Source of the DNA: an uncultured Gammaproteobacteria bacterium
Lineage (GTDB): Bacteria > Patescibacteriota > Microgenomatia > UBA12405
Assembly: GCA_964463925.1 (NCBI GenBank)
Contig: CAYXDV010000002.1
Coordinates: 86,729 to 150,728 of the forward strand
Direction: 5' to 3'
DNA: 64,000 bases
The notes under the pieces are model-generated. The model made no database searches, was not told the origin of the DNA, and worked only from the letters and a program-made list of their open reading frames with translations. Positions 8,352 to 17,926 of this stretch are shown piece by piece. The position numbers were made by a program, and so were the translations under genes. Position 1 is the stretch's first letter. Each line of letters begins with the position of its first letter.

Positions 8352-10736
8352 TTATACCGTGCTTCCAAACAAATCCTCATAGCTTAATTTTGGCTTTTCT
8401 TCCGGTTTCTTTGCTTCTTCTTTTTTTACAACTATTGTTTCATTTTTAATCGGTGCTTTAGGTAGTGGTGGTAATGGCGGCAGGGGAGGTAGTGGTGGTA
8501 ACTTTTTTGGTGTTGCTAAGCTTGGTTTTGCTTTAAACAAATCTTGGTATTTTGGCAAGCTGCCAAGCATTCTTTTCCTTTCCTCCTCTTCTTTCAATCT
8601 TTCTTTTTCCTTTTCCTCTTCTTCCTCTTTTTGTTTTTGATTATGAATTTCTATCTCAGCACTTGCCTTTTGTTCTAAATTTGCAATTTTATCCGCCAAA
8701 TCCTGATGAACAGTCGGTTTTTTAGTTTCTTCTACCTCTACTTTTTCTAGCACTCTAGCAGTTTCAGGCTCCTTTTTTAATGCAACTGTCGCTATTTCAA
8801 CCGCTGGTGCCACTATTTCTTTTATCATCGGCAGTTCAACCTTCTTGGTTTCTTCATTTCCAGCTTCATTTGTTTTTTGTTCCAAAACTTCATTCATCAA
8901 TTTCAAATTGGCCTTTTGCATTGCAATTTTTTGCTTCATTTTTAGCACTTCTTCTGGATTAGAAGTTATCAAAGCATGTTCTTCTGGACTGGCAATTACC
9001 CGTAAAGCCACATGATTTGAACCAGCAAAAAATATTCCTTGTCCTTTGTCAGCCGACAAAAGTAATTGTTTTTCTCCCTCAGATAAATAGAATGTTTCGC
9101 CAACTTGGTCAATCGCAGCACTATGTTGTTTTAACAATATTTGAATAGAACTATTTGTCACAATATCTCTACCATAAGGGGCATTCAAAAAATCCCCCAC
9201 ATCTTGAGTGATTGTTGTTACAGCCAAATAATATTTTCGACCCCGTTTTACCACACCTCTTAAAAAGGCCGCAGAATCTGGATATTGCATCATATACCAA
9301 GCCTCATCCACCACCAAAATTCGTTTCTTCAAAGTCTTTTTAACTGTCGTCCATATATAGTCCAAAATAATATGCATGGCCACTGGCCTAAGGCTCTCTT
9401 CTAAGTTTCGAATCCCAAAAACAACAAAATTACTCTTAAGGTTTACTGTTGTTTTTTGGTTAAAAATTCCAGCAAAAGATCCTTTTATATATTTCTCAAA
9501 TCTGGCAGTCAAAATCTTTGCCTTTTCATCTTCCATCCCAAGTAATGATTTGTATAAATCTTCGATCAAAGGAGCCTCTCGTTTTTGAGTTTCCGGATCA
9601 GGAGTTATACCTTTCATTTTATAAGCATCAACAATTGCTCTGTCTAAAATTGATTCTTCTAATGGATCCAAATCACCAATCATTACCTTAAACAACTTAT
9701 GCAAACCTAAAATTTTATCGTTTAGGGCGTTTTCTCCCTCATCTTGAACCAATGACAAATCAAATGGGTTTATTTTACTTTCTTCACCATAACCAAAAGC
9801 CACATATTGACCCCCCACAGACTCACACATCTCCCGATATTCATTTTCAGGATCAATTACTATTACATCAGTGTCAAACATTAAGCTTCGCATAGCCTCA
9901 AGTTTAACCAAATATGATTTTCCAGAACCAGCTGATGCAAAGACCACTGAATTGTAATTTGGCATTGAAAATCGATCAAAAATTACCAAGCTCCCGTTAT
10001 GTTCATTAATCCCATACATAATTCCCTTATCGTCAGATAAATCTGAAGACACAAAAGGAAAAGTTGTTGCTAGACTAGTTGTATCCATATTTCGGGTAAT
10101 TCCGAGACTATCCTTACAAATTGGCAAGGTTGTTGTAAAGCCACCTTCCATTTCCAAAGTAGCTTTTTTTGTTGTGATCATCAAAGCTCCTAATCCGCTC
10201 TCAAGATTTTTTGTTATTTTGTTAAGTTCATCCCTATCTTTGGCCGAAATTGTTATATACAGTCCAAATTGAAAAAATCTTTCTTCACCTTTGACCAAAT
10301 CAGTTTGCAAAGTTAGTGCATCTTCCAATTTTGCTTGAGTTGCCGGGTTTACTATTTTCCCTCTCTGAATATCAGTTGTCAGTTCAGCCTCCATTTCAGC
10401 AATCTTTCGCCTCAAGTCATCTAATATTTCTTTGCCATCTGTGGGATAAATATACATAGAAATTGATAAGCTGGCGTCAAAATTGATCAAACCAGACAAC
10501 CAATTCATTCCTACGAATCTAGGATAACCAGAGACAAAAAGGGTTCGATAATAACGACCATCAATTCGGATAAAATCCCAATCAACTTCAATAGCCCCCG
10601 GAGCAATCACATCTTTAATCGACACCAATCCCTCTACAAAAGGTTTGGCCCCATTCGCCACCGTTTCTGCTTTTGCAGATTCAACTTCAGTAGTTTTCTG
10701 CTTATCTTTCTTAAGTAGGGCAAGTATACTTTTCAT
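8352..10736 (-). CDS. VirB4/TrbE/PrgJ-family type IV secretion ATPase with a C-terminal acidic coiled-coil and proline-repeat extension
   Basis: 794 aa. VirB4 N-domain (YYRTLFVSGYPRFVGMNWLSGLI), Walker A (VVFASAGSGKSY) and Walker B (ILVVDEAWYMM). The C-terminal ~190 aa are atypical: EEEEEKEKERLKEEEERK followed by LPPLPPLPPLPPLPK. Confidence 0.8.
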   Translation of the reverse strand: MKSILALLKKDKQKTTEVESAKAETVANGAKPFVEGLVSIKDVIAPGAIEVDWDFIRIDGRYYRTLFVSGYPRFVGMNWLSGLINFDASLSISMYIYPTDGKEILDDLRRKIAEMEAELTTDIQRGKIVNPATQAKLEDALTLQTDLVKGEERFFQFGLYITISAKDRDELNKITKNLESGLGALMITTKKATLEMEGGFTTTLPICKDSLGITRNMDTTSLATTFPFVSSDLSDDKGIMYGINEHNGSLVIFDRFSMPNYNSVVFASAGSGKSYLVKLEAMRSLMFDTDVIVIDPENEYREMCESVGGQYVAFGYGEESKINPFDLSLVQDEGENALNDKILGLHKLFKVMIGDLDPLEESILDRAIVDAYKMKGITPDPETQKREAPLIEDLYKSLLGMEDEKAKILTARFEKYIKGSFAGIFNQKTTVNLKSNFVVFGIRNLEESLRPVAMHIILDYIWTTVKKTLKKRILVVDEAWYMMQYPDSAAFLRGVVKRGRKYYLAVTTITQDVGDFLNAPYGRDIVTNSSIQILLKQHSAAIDQVGETFYLSEGEKQLLLSADKGQGIFFAGSNHVALRVIASPEEHALITSNPEEVLKMKQKIAMQKANLKLMNEVLEQKTNEAGNEETKKVELPMIKEIVAPAVEIATVALKKEPETARVLEKVEVEETKKPTVHQDLADKIANLEQKASAEIEIHNQKQKEEEEEKEKERLKEEEERKRMLGSLPKYQDLFKAKPSLATPKKLPPLPPLPPLPPLPKAPIKNETIVVKKEEAKKPEEKPKLSYEDLFGSTV
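8461..8502 (-). repeat. imperfect 9-bp tandem repeat (~4.5 units) encoding the (PPL)n tract of the VirB4-like protein
   Basis: ggtagtggt ggtaatggc ggcagggga ggtagtggt ggtaac on the top strand. It is in-frame within the CDS. Confidence 0.7.
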
Positions 10737-10737
10737 A

Positions 10738-11421
10738 TTATTTTAAATTCGATTGAACAAGGGGAGAGGTAAAATCGCCTGCTAACTTCTGGGTGGTAAA
10801 ACTATCCTCATTATAAATCTTAAACAACAAAGCAACCAGCTCTCTTGTGCTCAGTGGTCGGACTTCTAACCCTAACCTAGAAAACAATCGCACTATTTGA
10901 TCTTTTTTGGGCTCTAGCGATAGCTTCGCTTTTTCCAATATATATTCTTTGCTATATGGCAGAGAAGTTTTTTTACCCGTTATCCCACTGCTTCCACCTT
11001 TAATCCCCAGCTCAAAAGCTGAAAAGGGGACGATTACATAAAAAGATTTTGACAACACATCATTTTTTCTAACCAAATCTTCCACAAACATTCGATATGA
11101 TTTGATTCTTTCTCTCAATAGCGAGTTTAGTTGTTTTTCCTCTGCTGTTTTTAGATTTGTCACATAATTTGTAATATCTTTAGTGCTAGTATGTATAACT
11201 ATTTGAACCGGAAAATTAAATGAATTTAAAATTCCACCATAAGCAAATACCAAAGATTGCTGTTCTCTTTCAGACAATAAATCAAAATTTACAGATGACA
11301 ATTGTAAAACCATGGCACAGGATCCATCTTTTAGTAAAACAATATTATTTACTACGTCTTCAACAGGCAAATGTTCCTGAGTAGTTCCTTTTATGGCAAT
11401 TTTGTGTGGGTCTAAGGGCAT
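10738..11421 (-). CDS. hypothetical protein in the T4SS-like operon
   Basis: 227-aa ORF with no obvious TM. It is tightly packed, 2 nt from the VirB4-like gene. I recognise no motif. Confidence 0.55.
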   Translation of the reverse strand: MPLDPHKIAIKGTTQEHLPVEDVVNNIVLLKDGSCAMVLQLSSVNFDLLSEREQQSLVFAYGGILNSFNFPVQIVIHTSTKDITNYVTNLKTAEEKQLNSLLRERIKSYRMFVEDLVRKNDVLSKSFYVIVPFSAFELGIKGGSSGITGKKTSLPYSKEYILEKAKLSLEPKKDQIVRLFSRLGLEVRPLSTRELVALLFKIYNEDSFTTQKLAGDFTSPLVQSNLK

Positions 11422-11446
11422 TAGTTAATCTTATCTCCTTCTTACT

Positions 11447-12385
11447 TTATTTTAAAGCTTGTATTCTAATTGGTTCCAATATAGCTCCAGTCATATTAAC
11501 TGCAACCGTATCAAATTTCATTCCGTCCTTTTCAGTAATTATCATATGTCGCCCGTTTGCCAGTGGGGTTGTTGTTTTAAACTGACCAAGTGAATTTGTT
11601 TGCAAAACTCTTTCCGATCCTCCCAAATCATTCTGAATCTCAACTATGGCTTCTGATATTATCTTGCCCCCTATGTCGATCACCATCCCAACCAATATAT
11701 TTGGTTCGGTTGGTTTACTTGGCATTGGAATGTCTCCGAAATTTGCCAACCCAGTCGCTTGTATTTTGCTGGTTTTCAAATTCAAATCCGTACTATTTTT
11801 CTCAACCTGCTTCAATTCTTCAACTACAACAATAGCTTCTGGTTGCGGCTTTTTTTCTTCAACTATATTGATGCTTTCAGCTACCGTAGGTTTGGGTGCT
11901 TCAGTTTTTGTAGAAGCAGTAATTTCTTCAGTATCATCATCGTCAAAATAAATCTTTCCAGCCTTACTGCTGGGGATCGATTTAATAAACTCGTCTACTT
12001 TGGATATCTCCTTTTTTGGTCTAGATTCCTCTTCTTCAGCCTCAAGATTTAATTTCTTGCTAAAGTCTACCTCTAACCAGTTGGGGTCAACTTTTTTCTT
12101 CCATGTAAATATTGTCGGGGCGTACAAACTACGCACAAAGGCAATGACCCATTTTTCTAAAGGTCGATCTTGAAAAGGAATAAATGCGGTCGCAAGGCCC
12201 CCTAAAGCCAGTATTGCCATTAGTGGCCATTTTATAAAGAAAACCAGGGGAGTTGCGTTTACCATGACCGCCAAAATGATTCCTCCGGCTGCTTTTCCAA
12301 ACTGCTTAATTGTCATGTCTCCCACCAGCTTAAATTCGTAGCTAGTTATTTGTTGTGGTATGGGATGTTGTTCGACTCCGGGCAT
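11447..12385 (-). CDS. membrane protein with a VirB3/PrgI-like N-terminus and a C-terminal beta-rich extension
   Basis: 312 aa. The N-terminus (YEFKLVGDMTIKQFGKAAGGIILAVMVNATPLVFFIKWPLMAILALGGLATAFIPF) is a two-TM hairpin typical of VirB3-like proteins. It is the first gene of the minus-strand operon. Confidence 0.5.
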   Translation of the reverse strand: MPGVEQHPIPQQITSYEFKLVGDMTIKQFGKAAGGIILAVMVNATPLVFFIKWPLMAILALGGLATAFIPFQDRPLEKWVIAFVRSLYAPTIFTWKKKVDPNWLEVDFSKKLNLEAEEEESRPKKEISKVDEFIKSIPSSKAGKIYFDDDDTEEITASTKTEAPKPTVAESINIVEEKKPQPEAIVVVEELKQVEKNSTDLNLKTSKIQATGLANFGDIPMPSKPTEPNILVGMVIDIGGKIISEAIVEIQNDLGGSERVLQTNSLGQFKTTTPLANGRHMIITEKDGMKFDTVAVNMTGAILEPIRIQALK

Positions 12386-12406
12386 TAAGTTATTGTACAG
12401 AAAAAC

Positions 12407-13273
12407 CTAATATGTGTTGAGGGCTACCCCAATCCTCATCTTTACAAATTCGTTCCAAACCACATCAATTCCTGCCTCGTTTTTAAACCAACCCTCTAAA
12501 GTAAAATTACCGCTAGAAGAAATTGCCGATACTGCATAAATCTCTATAGAGTTAGGTACATACTTCCAAATCATTCCAATTGTTCTTCTCATACAAAACC
12601 AACTGGTTACCGCAACTATCTTTTTGTGCTTTATTCCAGTCCTTTGGATCAGATCCACAGAACGGCGTACATTATCTGCCACAGAAATTGAGTCTTCTTC
12701 TAGCACGATGGCTGATTCAGGAACACCGGCTTGTTTTGCAAACTCAGCATAAGCTTCAGCTTCACTAATCGCGGATTCTTCTTTTTGCCATACAGGCCCT
12801 TTTCCACTAAAAATAAGTTTTGAAACTTTGCCAGCTTTGTATAAATCAGCCGCCAAATTGGGTCTAGTGGGATTAGTTTTATTGCCTCCAAAGACTATCG
12901 CAACATCTGCCTTATCAAACGTGTCAGACATATTCAGGTATTCTGTAACTTGTTGTAACGCCGACGTATCTTTTGTTTTAAGGGTCTTTTGTACTACCAA
13001 ATCACGCAATCTTATTCCCTCAGTCAAAACGATGTCCGCTTCTTCAAAATCAATAGCTTTCGGATTGTAAGGTTTACGCATACGATTGCTTAAATCATAT
13101 AAATTTGTTTCTATGCCCAACGATCCTAACCATCTTTTAACGCTTGAAAAATCCGGATAATGAACCAATTTCTTGTCGGGATGCGGTTGTGACCTGAACT
13201 CTAGAGCGCAAGTTTCATGCAATTCTTTTACCGCTGGCAGTTCTTGGTTGCTTATTCTGGTACTTATGCCCAT
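12407..13273 (-). CDS. DUF218 (YdcF/SanA-like) domain protein
   Basis: DUF218-like motifs: VAIVFGG, KLIFSGKGPVWQ and EEDSISVADN. The ORF track extends it to a TTG at 13294. An in-frame ATG at 13273 (MGISTR) is the more likely start. Confidence 0.6.
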   Translation of the reverse strand: MGISTRISNQELPAVKELHETCALEFRSQPHPDKKLVHYPDFSSVKRWLGSLGIETNLYDLSNRMRKPYNPKAIDFEEADIVLTEGIRLRDLVVQKTLKTKDTSALQQVTEYLNMSDTFDKADVAIVFGGNKTNPTRPNLAADLYKAGKVSKLIFSGKGPVWQKEESAISEAEAYAEFAKQAGVPESAIVLEEDSISVADNVRRSVDLIQRTGIKHKKIVAVTSWFCMRRTIGMIWKYVPNSIEIYAVSAISSSGNFTLEGWFKNEAGIDVVWNEFVKMRIGVALNTY

Positions 13274-13308
13274 ACTCGTTTGCGGATTGTACAATGTTAA
13301 ACTATCCC

Positions 13309-14250
13309 ATGTCTACCCTCCTTATCCTAGACGGCAATGCCTTGATTCATCGTGCTTATCATTCTGTTCCTAAAAACCTAACCCACAATGGGATTGCTGT
13401 CAATGCCGTTTATGGTTTTTACTCTATTTTGTTAAATGCTCTCGATATTCTTAAACCCGAATATTTAGCCGTCTGCTTAGATCCTCCTGGTCCAGTTTTT
13501 CGCAATCAGGAATATTTGGCTTATCGCACTCAGCGCAAAGCAGCTGACCCTGATTTAAAAAAACAGTTTCCACTAGTAAAACAATCTCTCCAAGATGCCA
13601 ACCTTCCTATTTTTTCAGTTGGTGGCTACGAAGCTGATGATGCCATTGCTACTTTGGCCCGTCGCAGCCTAGCTCGTCACCATAAACACAAGAAAAAAGC
13701 AATTATTGACCAAATTTTTATCATGACTGGTGACCGTGATCTAATGCAGCTTGTTAATTCAAAGACCAGTTTATTAATGCCCGGACGTGCCCTTTCAGAT
13801 ATGACACCAACAAATTTTTCTGAAGTTAAAGCACGTCTAGGAGTCAGACCAGAACAAGTGGTCGATTACAAAGCTTTGGTCGGGGATAGTAGTGATAACT
13901 ATCCAGGTGTTCCAGGTATTGGTCCAGTTGCTGCCATTGCTCTGCTTGAAGAATTCTCCACCCTAGACAATATCTACAATCAACTTCATAAAATAAAACC
14001 ATCTTTAAAAGAAAAGTTAGAGTTAAATAAAGAAAATGCCTATCTTTCCAAAAAATTAGCCCAACTAGTCTACGACGTACCCCTGCAATTTCAACTAAGA
14101 AAACTTAAATTAACCACTAAAACCTATCAGGATTTAATTAAGGTTTTTGAAACTTATAGTTTTAAATCACTATCCACACGTTTATCAAAAAAAGTCAATC
14201 CAAAAGCTATTTTTCAACTTCCAAAACCGCAACAACCCAGCTTATTTTAA
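13309..14250 (+). CDS. 5'-3' exonuclease (Pol I N-terminal / FEN-like domain)
   Basis: Canonical start MSTLLILDGNALIHRAYH. Also GYEADDAIATLA, GDRDLMQLV, and a helix-hairpin-helix GVPGIGPVAAIALLEEF. The track ORF begins 15 nt earlier at 13294. Confidence 0.9.
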   Translation: MSTLLILDGNALIHRAYHSVPKNLTHNGIAVNAVYGFYSILLNALDILKPEYLAVCLDPPGPVFRNQEYLAYRTQRKAADPDLKKQFPLVKQSLQDANLPIFSVGGYEADDAIATLARRSLARHHKHKKKAIIDQIFIMTGDRDLMQLVNSKTSLLMPGRALSDMTPTNFSEVKARLGVRPEQVVDYKALVGDSSDNYPGVPGIGPVAAIALLEEFSTLDNIYNQLHKIKPSLKEKLELNKENAYLSKKLAQLVYDVPLQFQLRKLKLTTKTYQDLIKVFETYSFKSLSTRLSKKVNPKAIFQLPKPQQPSLF

Positions 14251-14271
14251 AATTACACAGTAAAATACACT

Positions 14272-15387
14272 ATGCGTGTTGCCCTAGTTCATGATTATCT
14301 CAAAGAATTTGGAGGTGCTGAGCGTGTTTTGGAAGTGTTATCAGATATCTTTCCAAATGCCCCAATCTATACAACTCTCTATTGTCCCTCTTATTTTGGC
14401 CCTCACAAGAATCGTGTTCAAAACAAATGGTCTAACCGGATTCATACAAGTTTCTTTCAATTTTTCCCGTTTAAAGAAAAACTACTATCTCCGCTACGTG
14501 TCTTGTCTCCACTTGCTTTTAAACAATTTGATTTTTCTAAATTTGATTTAATTATCAGTTCAGCCACAGGTGCTTATTTTCCCAATTCGTTAAACAAAAA
14601 GAAAGCCAAATTAATTTGTTATTGCCACACGCCACCTCGTTACTTGTATGGCTATCCAACTGCCAGGCGAATAAGCAATCCTATCCTACTTTTTCTAATC
14701 GATAGTCTAAATCATTTTTTGCGATTTCTTGATTTTGAATACGCCCAAAATGTTGATCATTACATTGCCAATTCTCAAACAGTTTCCCAACGTATTTCCA
14801 AATTCTACCGCCGTTCTTCAGTGGTTATTAATCCTCCTATTAATCTACCGAAAATATCAAAAAAAGCCAAAAGATTAGGAAATTATTACCTAGCAGGTGG
14901 TCGTTTAGCTCAAAGTAAAAGATTTGATTTGGCCCTACAAGCCTGTCTCGAACTAGGATTGCCTCTAAAAATTTTTGGCCGAGATTTTGCTAATACCGAA
15001 GCCCAATTAAAGAAAATAGCAAACAATTCTAGCAATGTTGAATTCCTTGGTGAAATTACCGAATCTCAGAAAGAAAACTTATTTACCCAGGCAAAAGCCT
15101 TTGTCAATCCAGGACAAGATGAAGACTTTGGTATGTTGACTGTTGAATCTATGGCCTTTGGCTGTCCGGTAATTGGCCACAACAGTGGTGGTTCTGCTGA
15201 AACTATTGTTGATGGAAAAACTGGAATATTATTTGACGATTTAAATATTACTTGTCTTAAAAAAGCAATCAAAAGATTTCAAAAAACCAATTTCTCTCAT
15301 AATCAAATTTTGTCCCATTCCCAGCAATTTTCTGTTTCCAATTTCCAAAAAAAATTTTTAGCTTTTGTACGCCAAAATTCTATTTGA
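14272..15387 (+). CDS. glycosyltransferase family 4 (GT-B, group 1)
   Basis: MRVALVHDYLKEFGGAERVLEVL at the N-terminus and a C-terminal E-x7-E region (ESMAFGCPVIGHNSGGSAETI). Confidence 0.85.
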   Translation: MRVALVHDYLKEFGGAERVLEVLSDIFPNAPIYTTLYCPSYFGPHKNRVQNKWSNRIHTSFFQFFPFKEKLLSPLRVLSPLAFKQFDFSKFDLIISSATGAYFPNSLNKKKAKLICYCHTPPRYLYGYPTARRISNPILLFLIDSLNHFLRFLDFEYAQNVDHYIANSQTVSQRISKFYRRSSVVINPPINLPKISKKAKRLGNYYLAGGRLAQSKRFDLALQACLELGLPLKIFGRDFANTEAQLKKIANNSSNVEFLGEITESQKENLFTQAKAFVNPGQDEDFGMLTVESMAFGCPVIGHNSGGSAETIVDGKTGILFDDLNITCLKKAIKRFQKTNFSHNQILSHSQQFSVSNFQKKFLAFVRQNSI

Positions 15388-15736
15388 TTTTTGTAAAATA
15401 ACGTCTTTTTCTTGGACGACCAACTTCTAACTCACAAGCTATTGATCCATCACATCTCCATTTGCATTCACTAAAAGGCAAACTCCCTAGCTTGGCATCG
15501 TCCGGATGCAAACGAGTTCGACCATTTTGAGTTATTACAAATGGGGATAAAACATATGCCGAACAAACATCCCCATTTGTTCTTCTTGCACAAGGTCCCA
15601 ATACAATTGCCAAATCTGTAGAACTGCTAACTCCACAGATACCTCTCCAAATTACTTCATTAGTCGGAACTTGTTCACCTATATAAACTCCAATATCCCT
15701 TTTTATCTTTTCTTTATCACGAGTATATTTTTTCAT
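15380..15736 (-). CDS. hypothetical Cys-rich small protein
   Basis: 118-aa ORF. Cys-rich, with no recognisable motif. Confidence 0.4.
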   Translation of the reverse strand: MKKYTRDKEKIKRDIGVYIGEQVPTNEVIWRGICGVSSSTDLAIVLGPCARRTNGDVCSAYVLSPFVITQNGRTRLHPDDAKLGSLPFSECKWRCDGSIACELEVGRPRKRRYFTKIK

Positions 15737-15835
15737 ACTAAATTTTCTCTCGTCAAACTTGATATTGCTTGATAAAATTTCAACAAAAACTTCATTTTTT
15801 AGCCTAAATTCCGAATTGTTATATAATTATGACTA

Positions 15836-16834
15836 GTGATTCAAAAAACAAACACTCTTCGCCACCTTCTAATCAAGCAAATTTACAATCTATCTGCTTC
15901 CGGCAAAAACCTCACCCTGATTGGTCCCGCTGGTAGTGGAGTTAGTGAAATTTTTTCTTATCTCCAAAATCATCCCAGCCCTCAAACTAAATTTATTTAT
16001 TTCGATCTTTTGTTGTGTCTTTCGCAGCCCATCTCTCAGTTGATTGGCTCCCTACAGCAACTTCTTGACTCCAATCCTAAACACACAACTTTAATTCTAG
16101 ATAATTTCGATCATATATCTACCCCAACTTATTCTTCTTTCCATCACTGGTTAGCAGGTTGGTATTTTAGCCATCGATGGCTATTAAATTTAGTCTTTCA
16201 AACGAATAATTTATCTCTGGTAAATGGAAAAGTTCCGGAAGTTGGCACCCTGAAACCACTATTAGTTTCTAATCTCCTAAAACTTTTACCCTTAGATCTT
16301 GCTGATGCCGGTCAATTAGCTGCAGCCTACAACCTAAACCCTTCCGAGGAAACTTTGAAAAAATTATTCTCTCAATCAGGAGGACATGTCCAAACTTTAA
16401 AGCGACTTTTAGAATTACAGTCCGATCCAGAAAAAACTAGATTGCAATTATCTCAGAACTTAAATACTTTATACAGAAACCTATCTCCATTTCTAAAAGA
16501 AAATGATTTGCTAACTGAATTTGGACTTATAGATAAGGGCAGAAAATTTAGAAATATAGAATTTGAAGAATTCTTATCTAAATCTTCCGCCTCCACAAAG
16601 GATTTTACAAAAAATGAACAGAAACTATTCGATTTTCTCAGACAAAATATAAATCAAACAATAACCAAAGAAAATTTAATCCTCCACCTTTATGGAAATC
16701 AGGCATCAGTAGAAATTTCAAATCATGCTTTGGATCAACTAATTTACCGTCTCCGATCAAAGCTCAAAAATACCCATCGCGGACTTGTTCTAAAAACAAA
16801 GTCAGGGCAGGGTCTAGTTCTTTATCCCCTCTAG
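15836..16834 (+). CDS. P-loop ATPase fused to a C-terminal OmpR/PhoB-type winged-helix DNA-binding domain
   Basis: GTG start (the upstream in-frame ATG is followed by a stop). Walker A LIGPAGSGVS. The C-terminus (LTKNEQKLFDFL...ENLILHLYGNQASVEISNHALDQLIYRLRSKL...VLKTKSGQGLVLYP) matches the trans_reg_C pattern. Confidence 0.6.
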   Translation: MIQKTNTLRHLLIKQIYNLSASGKNLTLIGPAGSGVSEIFSYLQNHPSPQTKFIYFDLLLCLSQPISQLIGSLQQLLDSNPKHTTLILDNFDHISTPTYSSFHHWLAGWYFSHRWLLNLVFQTNNLSLVNGKVPEVGTLKPLLVSNLLKLLPLDLADAGQLAAAYNLNPSEETLKKLFSQSGGHVQTLKRLLELQSDPEKTRLQLSQNLNTLYRNLSPFLKENDLLTEFGLIDKGRKFRNIEFEEFLSKSSASTKDFTKNEQKLFDFLRQNINQTITKENLILHLYGNQASVEISNHALDQLIYRLRSKLKNTHRGLVLKTKSGQGLVLYPL

Positions 16835-17926
16835 TATCCTCTCTTTAGTTATCTCTTCAACTCCATCCAGGCTAATGCTTGGATCATACTTTCCAGCCAT
16901 AATTTTTTCCCCACTTTTATAAATTAAAACAGGAACACCGCTTCCGAAAAATCTTCCTCTTCTATCAAGAATATAAGCAATTGTCCAAGATATGTCTCTC
17001 AATTCGTAATCTGTACATATCCTAACATTGCCAGGCATATGTTCTTCAATTAAATTCACCATATTTAGAACCTCCGGTCGACCATTTTTATTAAAAACAA
17101 ATTCTTTGTTTTGTAAAGTCCAAAACCCAAACCAAGCAATAAACAAGTACTTCAAGAATCTGTAGTTTGATAATTCCTTCCAAAACATCCAAACAGACCA
17201 TCCCGCCCAAAAAATTATTATTGGTTGCGACCAAAAAAATTTTTCAGAAGGCAACAATCCAACAGTAAACAACCAAATTACACAAAACAAATAAAATCCA
17301 GAGACAGTCTTTTTTTGCTTTGCCAAGAAAACCAGCATCGATCCTATTAATAGCCATATCACAAAACCTAAAATTTGTTCCCCGGTTAAGAACATACCGA
17401 CATTACCTATTTTTTCTCTCCAAACCATACTTGCAGCTGCAAAAATCACTACCAATAGCCAACTAGCCACTCTCTTTTTCTCTTGCCAAACACTTAAAGC
17501 ATAAAGAACAAAAACTAAAAAAATAAACCAAACTCTCTCCCAACTAAGGGCAAAAGCATTTTTGATTAGTCCACAGGACCAAAGCCCAGTTATTAACAAA
17601 AACCAACCCAAAAGTTTGTCAATTTTGCTCCCGATAAGCCAAAACAATCCCATAGCTAGGCAACTCAAAACCCCAATACCTACCCACGGTGTCCACAGCC
17701 CAGGTAGAAATTCAAAAAATCTAAGCAGAGCAAAATACATAATCTTATTTATCTCAGGCCACCAATGACCCAAACTCACCATTCTCGCCAAAAACAGATC
17801 CCTGGCCCCGTTTGCATTGAGTTCTAATCTACTTAAAAAATTCCACCAATGACCAAAAAAACCAACAAGAATTATCATGCACACGATCAGTTTCCTGCCC
17901 AAATCCAATCTTCTAACCTTCAACAC
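16814..17926 (-). CDS. polytopic integral membrane protein (hypothetical)
   Basis: 370 aa with about 10 hydrophobic segments. No catalytic motif is recognised. Confidence 0.55.
   Translation of the reverse strand: MLKVRRLDLGRKLIVCMIILVGFFGHWWNFLSRLELNANGARDLFLARMVSLGHWWPEINKIMYFALLRFFEFLPGLWTPWVGIGVLSCLAMGLFWLIGSKIDKLLGWFLLITGLWSCGLIKNAFALSWERVWFIFLVFVLYALSVWQEKKRVASWLLVVIFAAASMVWREKIGNVGMFLTGEQILGFVIWLLIGSMLVFLAKQKKTVSGFYLFCVIWLFTVGLLPSEKFFWSQPIIIFWAGWSVWMFWKELSNYRFLKYLFIAWFGFWTLQNKEFVFNKNGRPEVLNMVNLIEEHMPGNVRICTDYELRDISWTIAYILDRRGRFFGSGVPVLIYKSGEKIMAGKYDPSISLDGVEEITKERILEGIKN

Noticed and set aside
4631-12385. Integrated conjugative element or prophage
   Set aside because: No integrase, relaxase, coupling protein, capsid, terminase or portal genes are recognisable. 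Only the T4SS core is present, so a mobile-element call is not supported within this window.
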